From contig CAWDGJ010000002.1 in assembly GCA_963801815.1 (NCBI GenBank), positions 480,001 to 544,000 of the forward strand: a DNA stretch of 64,000 nucleotides. The letters run 5' to 3'. The stretch is from an uncultured Verrucomicrobiae bacterium (GTDB taxonomy: Bacteria > Verrucomicrobiota > Verrucomicrobiia > Chthoniobacterales > UBA10450). How positions within the stretch are numbered: the first letter of the stretch is position 1; each line of letters begins with the position of its first letter. Below are positions 1 to 7,931 of this stretch, in pieces. The notes under the pieces were generated by a model. The model saw only the letters and a list, made by a program, of their open reading frames with translations, ran no database searches and had not been told where the DNA came from. Made by a program: the position numbers and the translations under genes.

Positions 1-530
1 GCATGTGCTCGAAATCCTCTTTCGGAATTCCGGTGTTGAGCGCCATCTCTTCCGGCGTCGTTTGAAGAAATCCGTTGTCGTCGATGTTGCCGATGATCAG
101 CTCTGCAGTCTTGCGGTCGTCCGCGTTCAAGCACGTTTTGATTGAGCTGTCCCATCAAGTGCTGTTGCAGCGTTTCCTGGGTGGCGATTGAATCGAAAAA
201 GAACTGGCGCTTTTCTTCCGCTTCCTGCGAGCGTCCGCTATAACTGCTCGATTGCGCCATGTAATCGCGCCATTCCTCATCGAGCTTGGCCAGCTTATCG
301 AATTCCTCTTTGAAATTGTCGTCCGGTGGAGTCTCCGATTCTGCAGGCGCCTCCGGATTCGGCGGATCAGCCAATTCCTCCAGCACCGGATTGGTCTCCA
401 TTTCCTGCTGAACGAGATTGCGCAGTTCGAGCAACGGCGCCTGAAGAATGAGGAGGCTTTGCTGGAGCTGAGGCGCGAGGACCTGTTGCAGAGATAGATT
501 CTGCGTTTGATGCATTCCAGGACCGGCCAT
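1..530 (-). CDS. rpoN: RNA polymerase sigma-54 factor, N-terminal part (runs off the window; +1 frameshift near 135-139)
   Basis: Manual translation from ATG at 530 gives MAGPGMHQTQNLSLQQVLAPQLQQSLLILQAPLLELRNLVQQEMETNPVLEE (Gln/Leu-rich region I), then ETLQQHLMGQL and, after one extra base, AELIIGNIDDNGFL (core-binding domain). Not in the ORF track. Confidence 0.93.
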   Translation of the reverse strand, partial: MAGPGMHQTQNLSLQQVLAPQLQQSLLILQAPLLELRNLVQQEMETNPVLEELADPPNPEAPAESETPPDDNFKEEFDKLAKLDEEWRDYMAQSSSYSGRSQEAEEKRQFFFDSIATQETLQQHLMGQLNQNVLERGRPQDCRADHRQHRRQRISSNDAGRDGAQHRNSERGFRAH

Positions 531-623
531 AGTGTGGAGTTTACTGTCGGGCGAGCGACAGGCAAGCAGGTTACGGGCCGCAGGTGCTTTTCGAGGGGGA
601 ATTCTGCGCTTCCCAACGATTTG

Positions 624-639
624 CGGAACACGAATTGCT
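624..639 (+). promoter_or_regulatory. Putative sigma-54 (-24/-12) promoter
   Basis: CGGAACACGAATTGCT has GG(625-626)-N10-GC(637-638), close to the consensus TGGCAC-N5-TTGCW. It ends about 30 nt upstream of the ATG at 670. Confidence 0.65.
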
Positions 640-669
640 ATTCATGGGAACGATCCAAGTCCCGCTTAA

Positions 670-903
670 ATGAACCAATCAATTCCTGCGCTTCTGTTTG
701 TCGCAACGTTATTCGCCGTCTCGTCGACTGTCGCTCAAGCGCCGGCCGACACAAACCAGGAGCCAAGACTTCTCGCCTTGATTAAGGAAGTTCAGACTCA
801 GCAGGCGCAATTGGCCGAGAACCAGGCCAAGATCGAGGAAAAGCTGGCGGCTGTTTCGGAATCCGTGCGCACCGCCCGGATTTACGCAAAGAGGGGGAAA
901 TAA
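670..903 (+). CDS. Small secreted coiled-coil protein
   Basis: 77 aa; signal peptide (...SSTVA/QAP), heptad-like Q/E/L-rich helix, ends RIYAKRGK. Confidence 0.8.
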   Translation: MNQSIPALLFVATLFAVSSTVAQAPADTNQEPRLLALIKEVQTQQAQLAENQAKIEEKLAAVSESVRTARIYAKRGK

Positions 904-1191
904 TGCGCGTCGCAAGACTTTTCTGCTTACTCGTTCTTCTCTCGCTGAGCGCAATCAAGGCACAGTCGCCGGCACCGGTTATCGTCCAGGCGGCATCGCC
1001 CGGCACCGCCACATCTAAAACGGTCGCTACTATCCCGGTGCCCCAGCTCGGTTCCGGACGCGATTAAATTGCTCGAACAGCTAAAGGCGGCCAATGACGA
1101 AGTGCTCGCAAAACAAAAGGCAGCACTCGAACAGCTGGACGAATTGCAACAAGCCGTCGACGAGCTGCGCATCTTCTCAAAGCGCGGCTAA
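903..1191 (+). CDS. Small secreted coiled-coil protein, paralogue of the upstream gene (+1 frameshift in CCCC at ~1041-1044)
   Basis: ATG overlaps the upstream TAA (TAATG). Removing one C gives MRVARLFCLLVLLSLSAIKA-QSPAPV...DAIKLLEQLKAANDEVLAKQKAALEQLDELQQAVDELRIFSKRG*. Confidence 0.75.
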
Positions 1192-1208
1192 GCTCACCAC
1201 CGGCGGAC

Positions 1209-1991
1209 TTACAGTCCTGCCATGTCCCATTTCCGGATCGTGTCCTCGATCAACCGCGCGATCTTGTCGTTCACTTTATTGAAGTAACTCTTTGCCTTTG
1301 AGAGATCGAAGCTCGGATAGCCCTCGCCTTCTTTGTAAAGCAGGATGCTCGACGGAAATGGATATGCGTTCCACACGTTTGGCGATGGAATTGCTGTCGC
1401 CATTTTGGGCCCGGCGTAGCGCTTTTTTTGGACCAGTTCGGGATCGATCGCCAGCATGTAAGCAGTTTCAGTATTACCGGCGTGGCCGCCATCCTCGCCA
1501 AAAACCTCCCGACAAACATCGCTGCAATATGACCACCAATTCACGGTCAGGATTCTCGTGCTGGTATCCCGTCCCACTTCCTGCCCAAGCGTCATCAGAA
1601 CCGCTGTCTGGCCTGCCCCGTGACCGTTCAGCATCACAATGTTCTTGAATTTGCTCCGGGCGAGTCCAACCACAACGGCGCGCACATATTCCCGGTAAAC
1701 GCTTTCCGGAATCGTGAAATTACCGGGATAAGCGTCAAGCGATCCGGTAAACCCGTAGGGAACCACCGGCGCAATCATTGCATTCACGCGCGGTGCGATT
1801 TCGCGCGCCATGGTCAATGGAATTATGATGTCCGTTCCGTTCGCTGTAACGCCATGCGGCTCCATTGTTCCGAGCGGCAATAACACTGTGTCGATCTTCG
1901 CGGGTATCCACTCCCGAAATTCCATCCAGTTGATCCGCTCCATCTCTCGCGTCGTCGGACCACCTTTTTTTCGCGAAACTTTCATCACCAC
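1209..1991 (-). CDS. Creatininase/creatinine amidohydrolase family protein
   Basis: Motifs LPLGTMEPHG, GTD, NGHG and GHAGNTET. Start may be the downstream ATG (MERINW). Confidence 0.9.
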   Translation of the reverse strand: MVMKVSRKKGGPTTREMERINWMEFREWIPAKIDTVLLPLGTMEPHGVTANGTDIIIPLTMAREIAPRVNAMIAPVVPYGFTGSLDAYPGNFTIPESVYREYVRAVVVGLARSKFKNIVMLNGHGAGQTAVLMTLGQEVGRDTSTRILTVNWWSYCSDVCREVFGEDGGHAGNTETAYMLAIDPELVQKKRYAGPKMATAIPSPNVWNAYPFPSSILLYKEGEGYPSFDLSKAKSYFNKVNDKIARLIEDTIRKWDMAGL

Positions 1992-2018
1992 GTTTCGGCA
2001 GAAGCCGATCTGAATTAG

Positions 2019-3386
2019 CTACTTCTTCTTCGGCTCGATCTTGCGGTAGAGCGTGGCCATGCTGATTCCAAGCATGTTGGCCGCTTTCTCGCGCGAGCCG
2101 TCACAGTGAGCCAACGTCGCTTCGATGTAATTGCGCTCCTGTTGTTGAACGAAATCATCCAAAGTCTCTCCGACCGGCATGCTCGCGATCGCCTCATCGG
2201 TTTTGACACCTTCCGCGTGATCGACAATGTGCGGCGGCAAATCGGCTGTTAGAATCAGATCGTTCTCACACAACGCGCACGCTCGCTCGATCGCGTTCTC
2301 CAATTCGCGGACATTTCCTGGATAGTGATAATGACAAAGAATGTCGATCGCGACGGGATCGATCTTCTTTGGTTCGCCACCAGTCGCGCTCGCTTGCTTT
2401 TGCAAAAAATGGTTCACGAGCAATGGCACATCTTCGAGCCGGTCGCGCAGCGGCGGAATCTCAATCGGAATAACCGCGAGCCGGTAGTAAAAATCCTCGC
2501 GAAACGTTCCATCTTTCAGCTTCGGTTGAAGCCGCTCATTGGTCGCGCCGATCACCCGAACATTGACCGGCGAGCTCTTGTTGTCGCCGACGCGCCGGAC
2601 TTCGCGCTCTTGCAACACGCGCAGAAGTTTCGTCTGCAGTTGCGGCGCCATTGAATTCACTTCGTCGAGGAAAATTGTTCCCAAATTCGCTTCCTCAAAC
2701 AATCCGCGCTTGTCCGCGACGGCGCCGGTAAAAGATCCTTTCTTGTGACCAAATAATTCCGACTCGAGCAAATTTTCCGGCAATGCGCTGCAATTGATCG
2801 CCACGAAGGGATGATGCTGACGATTGCTGTTGAAATGAAGCCCTCGTGCGACCAGTTCCTTGCCGGTGCCGCTTTCACCAACGATCAGCACCGTGCTGTC
2901 GGTGTCTGCGACTTTGCTAATCAGGTTGTAAACGTGCTGCATCTTGCCGCTCGTGCCGATGATGTTCTCGAGCTTGTGTTTTTCCCTGAGCTCTTTGCGG
3001 AGATACGTGATCTCACCGACTGCCGCCTGATAATCGAGCGCCATCTGAATGCGCGTTTGCAGCTCGTCGATCTTGAACGGTTTGAGAATGTAATCGCGCG
3101 CGCCCATCTTCATCGCTTGAACGGCTGTTTCGGCCGACCCGAACGCAGTGATGAGGATCACGGAAGTTTGGCGCTGATGCTCGCGAACGTGCCGTAACAC
3201 ATCGAACCCGGTCATCGTTTCCATTTTGATGTCGGTAATGACGACTTCGGGTTGAATGGCGTCGAGCTGCTCGAGGGCCTTCGAGGGGGCGTTGAACGGG
3301 AAAACCTGGTGTCCTTTTTCGCGACAGAGAGTGACAATCACTTCTATCATCGCAGGTTCGTCATCAATGATTACGATTTTAGCCAT
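2019..3386 (-). CDS. Sigma-54-dependent response regulator (NtrC/AtoC family)
   Basis: Receiver domain (IIDDE, TDIKM, KPF), AAA+ domain (GESGTGKE, ESELFGH, GSFTGA, FLDE, FREDFYYRL, PGNVRELEN) and a Fis-type HTH. Start placed at MAKIVII. Confidence 0.95.
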   Translation of the reverse strand: MAKIVIIDDEPAMIEVIVTLCREKGHQVFPFNAPSKALEQLDAIQPEVVITDIKMETMTGFDVLRHVREHQRQTSVILITAFGSAETAVQAMKMGARDYILKPFKIDELQTRIQMALDYQAAVGEITYLRKELREKHKLENIIGTSGKMQHVYNLISKVADTDSTVLIVGESGTGKELVARGLHFNSNRQHHPFVAINCSALPENLLESELFGHKKGSFTGAVADKRGLFEEANLGTIFLDEVNSMAPQLQTKLLRVLQEREVRRVGDNKSSPVNVRVIGATNERLQPKLKDGTFREDFYYRLAVIPIEIPPLRDRLEDVPLLVNHFLQKQASATGGEPKKIDPVAIDILCHYHYPGNVRELENAIERACALCENDLILTADLPPHIVDHAEGVKTDEAIASMPVGETLDDFVQQQERNYIEATLAHCDGSREKAANMLGISMATLYRKIEPKKK

Positions 3387-3453
3387 GGGAAATCTCAGCG
3401 CGGAGAATATTTCACTTTTGAGAAAAAGAAAGCGATTTTGAGAATTTTGCTGG

Positions 3454-4653
3454 TTAGGCCGAAATTCGGCCGTTGAGCATGGACCAACCGACAGCTCGAT
3501 CGAATGCAATAGTGTCTTCGAGAACTGACGTCGATTTCGCGATTGGGATCGCGATGAGGTCCGCGAGAAAGCCTTGGCGAATTTTTCCAAGATTTCTCTC
3601 CTGTTTCAACGCGCTCGCCGGATTAACCGTTACTAGTTTCAAAATTTCCCCTGGTGCAACGCCGGGAAACTTCTTTTGAAACGCCCGCATCTCGGCGAAC
3701 AAGCTGAGATCATCGTTGCTGGCGAGACTGTCCGTCCCGAGACCAATGTTGAATCCAAGCCCGTGCAGCTTCTGAAACTCAAACGGCGAGTATTCAAAAT
3801 ACTGGTGGCTCCGTGGGCAGTGAACGATCGACGAGCGATCCACTAATTTCTCCAGCCGTCCGAAATCGCCGCCTTTGAGCTCGTTCAGGTGCACGAGGAG
3901 GTAAGGGACAGTGCCCCCAATCGCCAGAAAACGTTCCACTGCTGTGCCCTTGCCGCAGTCCGTCATTTCTCTTCCAATCTCCTTGAGAAACTCATAAAGC
4001 GCTCCGCTGGCATTTTGAAACATCGACAGCTCCTCGCGCGACTCAGCTAGATGTGTTGATAGCAAAACATTGTTGTGCCGAGCCACCTCCTCGCAACATC
4101 GATACAATTCCGCGGATGCGGTGAATAGCGCATGCGGCGACAGGCCCCAATGCTTTTGTGATTTCAATCGTTCGACCGCAAAATCAACAAGCTCGCTGGC
4201 GCGGGCCGGATCGCGGACATCGATCAACTCAGCGAACCACCAGGTTCGAATCGGGGCTTCGACTTGCGAAACCAGTTCCGGAAACGCGGTCAGGTTTGCC
4301 ATTGTCGTCGTCCCGAATCGCTTCGCTTCGGCGAACCCTTCATTGATCGAGCGAACGTAATCTTTTGACGACAGTTTGGATTTCTCAGCGTTGATCGCGC
4401 GAATCCAATCGCTGAACGATTTTTGCGGCGGGATTTTGCCGCGCAGACAGCTGTAATCGAGGTGACAATGCGCGTTGATTAATCCTGGCAACAGGCCTTG
4501 CTCCCCAAGATCGACAACTTCGTCGGCCGAATGCTTCTTCGTGATGTCGGAGAACTTTCCAACATCGATAATCCTGTCCGCCGTTACCACTACCGCGCCG
4601 TTGTCGATCGGCGGACCATCCATCGTCACGACAACTCGCGCGCGGATGATCAT
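3454..4653 (-). CDS. Metal-dependent amidohydrolase (MTA/SAH or aminodeoxyfutalosine deaminase-like)
   Basis: Motifs PGLINAHCHL, SPHA, HLAES, HCPRS and GTDSLASN. ATG overlaps the upstream stop (ATGA). Confidence 0.85.
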   Translation of the reverse strand: MIIRARVVVTMDGPPIDNGAVVVTADRIIDVGKFSDITKKHSADEVVDLGEQGLLPGLINAHCHLDYSCLRGKIPPQKSFSDWIRAINAEKSKLSSKDYVRSINEGFAEAKRFGTTTMANLTAFPELVSQVEAPIRTWWFAELIDVRDPARASELVDFAVERLKSQKHWGLSPHALFTASAELYRCCEEVARHNNVLLSTHLAESREELSMFQNASGALYEFLKEIGREMTDCGKGTAVERFLAIGGTVPYLLVHLNELKGGDFGRLEKLVDRSSIVHCPRSHQYFEYSPFEFQKLHGLGFNIGLGTDSLASNDDLSLFAEMRAFQKKFPGVAPGEILKLVTVNPASALKQERNLGKIRQGFLADLIAIPIAKSTSVLEDTIAFDRAVGWSMLNGRISA

Positions 4654-5303
4654 GCTGGGTTCGTTTCGCCTCTGACCACTTTGCGACATTCGGCCACGAG
4701 CAAATTGCAGGCTTCTGAACAAAGCAACGGGATCGCGTGCTCGCCGCGGCCAGTTTGGTCGCAGGCAGGATCAAATTTCTCCGGCGGCAGTCTCGATGAT
4801 GAAGGGGCGCCGATTTCATCGCGCTTCCACAAGACGGTTCGCAGACAACCTCCGTTCGATTTGCAAAAATTTCCGACCAAATCGTCAATTTGCTGGTCGG
4901 AAACTTTCGCCGCCACCCGATACATCCCCGATTGTCGATTCAACGTGCCACGAAGTGTCGTCATCGTTAATCGATTCGCCTTCCATCTGGCGAGGATCGC
5001 CAATCTACCTGGATAAAAATAGTCAAGCGCGCGCCGCAACTCGCCAAGATCGACAAGCTCCAGGAGCCAGCCATGCCGTAGATTCGGGGCGGTTTTCAGT
5101 GGGCGATAGTTTTCGTCATCATCGTATCGAGCAATTTCAATCGCATCTTCGGGTTTCCGAAAGTTCTTAAGCTTGCCGCTCGGTCGATCATCCCGATGAC
5201 ACAACGCGAAACCGTTGTTGGCCGTTCGTTGAATTAGGACCTGACCGATCGAAGTGCTGTCGCTCAACGCCGACGCAAGCGTTGTCTCGATCGAATCCGG
5301 CAT
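4650..5303 (-). CDS. DR2241-family protein (C-terminal, putative Fe-S-binding part)
   Basis: Motifs YRPLKTAPNL, DYFYPG, RQSGMY, C..SNGGCLR and LCSEACN (four Cys). Lies near a CbiX-like gene. Confidence 0.75.
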   Translation of the reverse strand: MPDSIETTLASALSDSTSIGQVLIQRTANNGFALCHRDDRPSGKLKNFRKPEDAIEIARYDDDENYRPLKTAPNLRHGWLLELVDLGELRRALDYFYPGRLAILARWKANRLTMTTLRGTLNRQSGMYRVAAKVSDQQIDDLVGNFCKSNGGCLRTVLWKRDEIGAPSSSRLPPEKFDPACDQTGRGEHAIPLLCSEACNLLVAECRKVVRGETNPA

Positions 5304-5311
5304 TGCGCCAG

Positions 5312-5770
5312 CTATGCCAAGCAATGCGCGATCAGGCCAGCAGCGCGTTCGAGAAATTGTCGGTCTTCGTCGCCGAACGCGTTCACATTGTCACTTTCGG
5401 CGTCGAGCATACCGACGATGTGACGATTTTCACCCTTGAGCGGGATGATGATCTCAGACCGGGTCGTATGGAACGCGGGCAGGTAACGTTTGTCTTTGTG
5501 AACGTCCCCGACCACGATCGATTTGCCCGATTCCAGCGCCGCACCGCATAACCCCTGGCTGATTGGAAAACGGGGATAGGCTGACGGTTCATCGCCAGTG
5601 CCGGCCAAAATCACAAATTCGTTCTTCACGATCTTATAAATAGCGATGAACCGGTAATCGCGCGCCGCCCGGATCATCTCCGCGACTTGTTTGATACTTT
5701 TCTTGGTGCAGCCGCTGGCCAAAACGTAAGCCCCGATATCCTGGAGTTTCTTCAACGTCTCGGTATGCAT
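5312..5770 (-). CDS. GAF-domain protein (free methionine-R-sulfoxide reductase-like)
   Basis: Motifs GLCGAA, VVGDV, SEIIIP and GMLDAESD..NAF...D..FLE. Confidence 0.8.
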   Translation of the reverse strand: MHTETLKKLQDIGAYVLASGCTKKSIKQVAEMIRAARDYRFIAIYKIVKNEFVILAGTGDEPSAYPRFPISQGLCGAALESGKSIVVGDVHKDKRYLPAFHTTRSEIIIPLKGENRHIVGMLDAESDNVNAFGDEDRQFLERAAGLIAHCLA

Positions 5771-5978
5771 GGCGGCTTGAGTAGGTCAGGAAAGATTGCG
5801 AGGCCGGGCGCACGCGCAACTTTTCTTCGGCTGTTAAAATTGAGGGTCCCCAGCCCGGCTGAAAAACGGCCGGCCTTGATGGCCTGTTTCAGAGACTCGA
5901 AATTAGTGTTCCCCTTCACGATTTCCTGCACCGAAGCGCCGATCGCCGCGGCCTGTTCTAATCCAAATTGGAGGAATT

Positions 5979-6797
5979 TCACAATCGTTCCCCGGCTCTG
6001 GTTGCGAGTTCCACAATAATGTCGGCGATCCGCGGATCTGTGCCGATCGAACTGGCATAAAAAAGCGAGCGGTTGTCGATTCGGTACGGCCCGCGTTGAA
6101 AGATGTCCCGGCCTTTTTTCGCGGACGAGGTCGATCCATCCTCGGTGATTCCCAGCAACACCGGAATATCTTCGTAACTGTGAAGCCCGTCCGAAATAAA
6201 GAACGGGACTACGACGACGTTGGGAGTGCTGGTGAGCAATTTCCAATCGGACACGAGCGGAAATTCTTCCATATAAACATTGAGCACATTCGCGTAGCGC
6301 CCGAGCGCGCGAATTTTTTCCGCTTCCCGCTTTGCCGCCACCGCGCTGTTTTCATTCAAGTCCGTTCCATGGGCGACGATCAAGAAACTGGCCGCGTTTT
6401 CCGGAACGTTTGGGGCAATCTCTCTCGCGCGCTGCACCAGTAACTCGGTCATCAGAGGATGATTGCCAACCGGCTCGGCGTAACACCACGTTTGACCGTC
6501 CGCGCGCCGGGTAAGCTTCCCGTTCAGCTCGAGCTCCCGCGGGATGACCGTTTGTGTGAAATAACCTTCACTGATGAAGTTTGGCACGACGCAGACCTCG
6601 CGAATCGTTTGCGGGTCGAACAAGAAGCGAGCGTCGCGCAAGCTCGGCTCCTCTTTCCAAAACGCGCACTGGACTTCCCCAAAAATGTTTCGACGCCGGA
6701 TTTCAGCAGCGTGCCCGAGCGTCGGCGCGCTCGAGTCAGGGTTGACCGTCGAACCATGGCCAACGATCAACAAACCGGCGTCAGGTTTGCTTTCCAC
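5979..6797 (-). CDS. CbiX/SirB-like chelatase-fold protein (DR2241 N-terminal-like)
   Basis: Duplicated CbiX halves: IVGHGS...FWKEEP...VVPNFISEGYF and IVAHGT...VPFFISDGLHSYEDIP. Confidence 0.85.
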   Translation of the reverse strand: MESKPDAGLLIVGHGSTVNPDSSAPTLGHAAEIRRRNIFGEVQCAFWKEEPSLRDARFLFDPQTIREVCVVPNFISEGYFTQTVIPRELELNGKLTRRADGQTWCYAEPVGNHPLMTELLVQRAREIAPNVPENAASFLIVAHGTDLNENSAVAAKREAEKIRALGRYANVLNVYMEEFPLVSDWKLLTSTPNVVVVPFFISDGLHSYEDIPVLLGITEDGSTSSAKKGRDIFQRGPYRIDNRSLFYASSIGTDPRIADIIVELATRAGERL

Positions 6798-6809
6798 GCC
6801 TCATAATTA

Positions 6810-6879
6810 ACCACGAAGAACGCGAAGGGCACGAAGCTTTCAACAGAATATCCTTCGTGATCTTCGTGTTGTTCGTGGT
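6810..6879. repeat. Palindrome built from 9-bp tandem units
   Basis: ACCACGAAG AACGCGAAG GGCACGAAG ... CTTCGTGAT CTTCGTGTT GTTCGTGGT, in a divergent intergenic gap. Confidence 0.85.
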
Positions 6880-6890
6880 AAAATTTCCCG

Positions 6891-7931
6891 ATGAAATTCC
6901 GGACTTACAAAAACACTGACCTGGCCGTCAGCGAGGTCGGTTTCGGGCTGTGGACGATCTCGACCGGTTGGTGGGGAAATTTTACCGAGGGCGAAGCGAT
7001 CTCGCTCCTGCACAAGGCGTTCGACCTTGGCGTAACTCTATTCGACGCCGCTGACACCTACGGGAACGGCCTGAGCGAAGAATTGATTGCCAAGGCGTTC
7101 CCAAAACAACGAGACGAGATCATCATCGCGACCAAGGTCGGTTACGATTTCGTGCACTACGGTGAGGCGCGCGGGCGTGGTCAGCGCGAAATTCCGCAGG
7201 ATTTTTCGCCGTCAGCGATTGAACGCGCCACCGATGCCGCACTAAAGCGACTGCGGACCGATCGGATCGACCTGTTGCAACTGCACAACATCCGAATGGA
7301 GCAGATTTACGACGACGCGCTTTGGAAAACGCTCGAGAGACTAAAGTCGTCGGGAAAAGTTCGTTACTACGGGATCGCGCTCGGTCCGGCCATCGGCTGG
7401 CTTTATGAAGGCGCGAATTGCATTCGGGAGCGCGACGCCACGAGCATTCAGCACATTTACAACATGCTTGAGCAACATCCCGGTCGCGCAATGCAGGACG
7501 TGGCCACCGAATTAGGCAAGGACACAATGTTCCTCATTAGGGTGACGCACTCGTCAGGAATGTTGGAGGGTAAATATACGGCTGACACCGTTTTCCCGCC
7601 GAACGATCATCGCAGTCATCGTCCCCGCAGTTGGCTCCTCAACGGGGTCAAGAAGATCGACAGGTTACGGTTTCTCGAAAATTCCAACCGCACACTCGGA
7701 CAAGCGGCGCTGCTTTGGCTGCTCGCGGACGAGCGCGTGGCCTCAACCCTGCCGAACATTTACAACGAAGAACAACTCGTTGAGTTCGCGAAAGCGCCGG
7801 ATTGTCCGCCCATCAGCGCCGACGACCTCGCTAAGATTGCCAACCTTTACTCTGAAAATTTCGGACTCGAACCCGAACAACTCAAGTTCAAGGGGACCAT
7901 GGAGCTGCCAACAGAAACGGCAGCTGCCTAA
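6891..7931 (+). CDS. Aldo/keto reductase
   Basis: Motifs VSEVGFG, FDAADTYG, IATK, LRTDRIDLLQLHN and GKVRYYG. Confidence 0.93.
   Translation: MKFRTYKNTDLAVSEVGFGLWTISTGWWGNFTEGEAISLLHKAFDLGVTLFDAADTYGNGLSEELIAKAFPKQRDEIIIATKVGYDFVHYGEARGRGQREIPQDFSPSAIERATDAALKRLRTDRIDLLQLHNIRMEQIYDDALWKTLERLKSSGKVRYYGIALGPAIGWLYEGANCIRERDATSIQHIYNMLEQHPGRAMQDVATELGKDTMFLIRVTHSSGMLEGKYTADTVFPPNDHRSHRPRSWLLNGVKKIDRLRFLENSNRTLGQAALLWLLADERVASTLPNIYNEEQLVEFAKAPDCPPISADDLAKIANLYSENFGLEPEQLKFKGTMELPTETAAA

Noticed and set aside
5752..5982. Possible small ORF (VKFLQFGLEQAAAIGASVQEIVKG...) between the CbiX-like and GAF genes
   Set aside because: It has a GTGA overlap with the upstream stop but no recognisable motif, and it runs into the next gene. 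It cannot be supported without a homology search.
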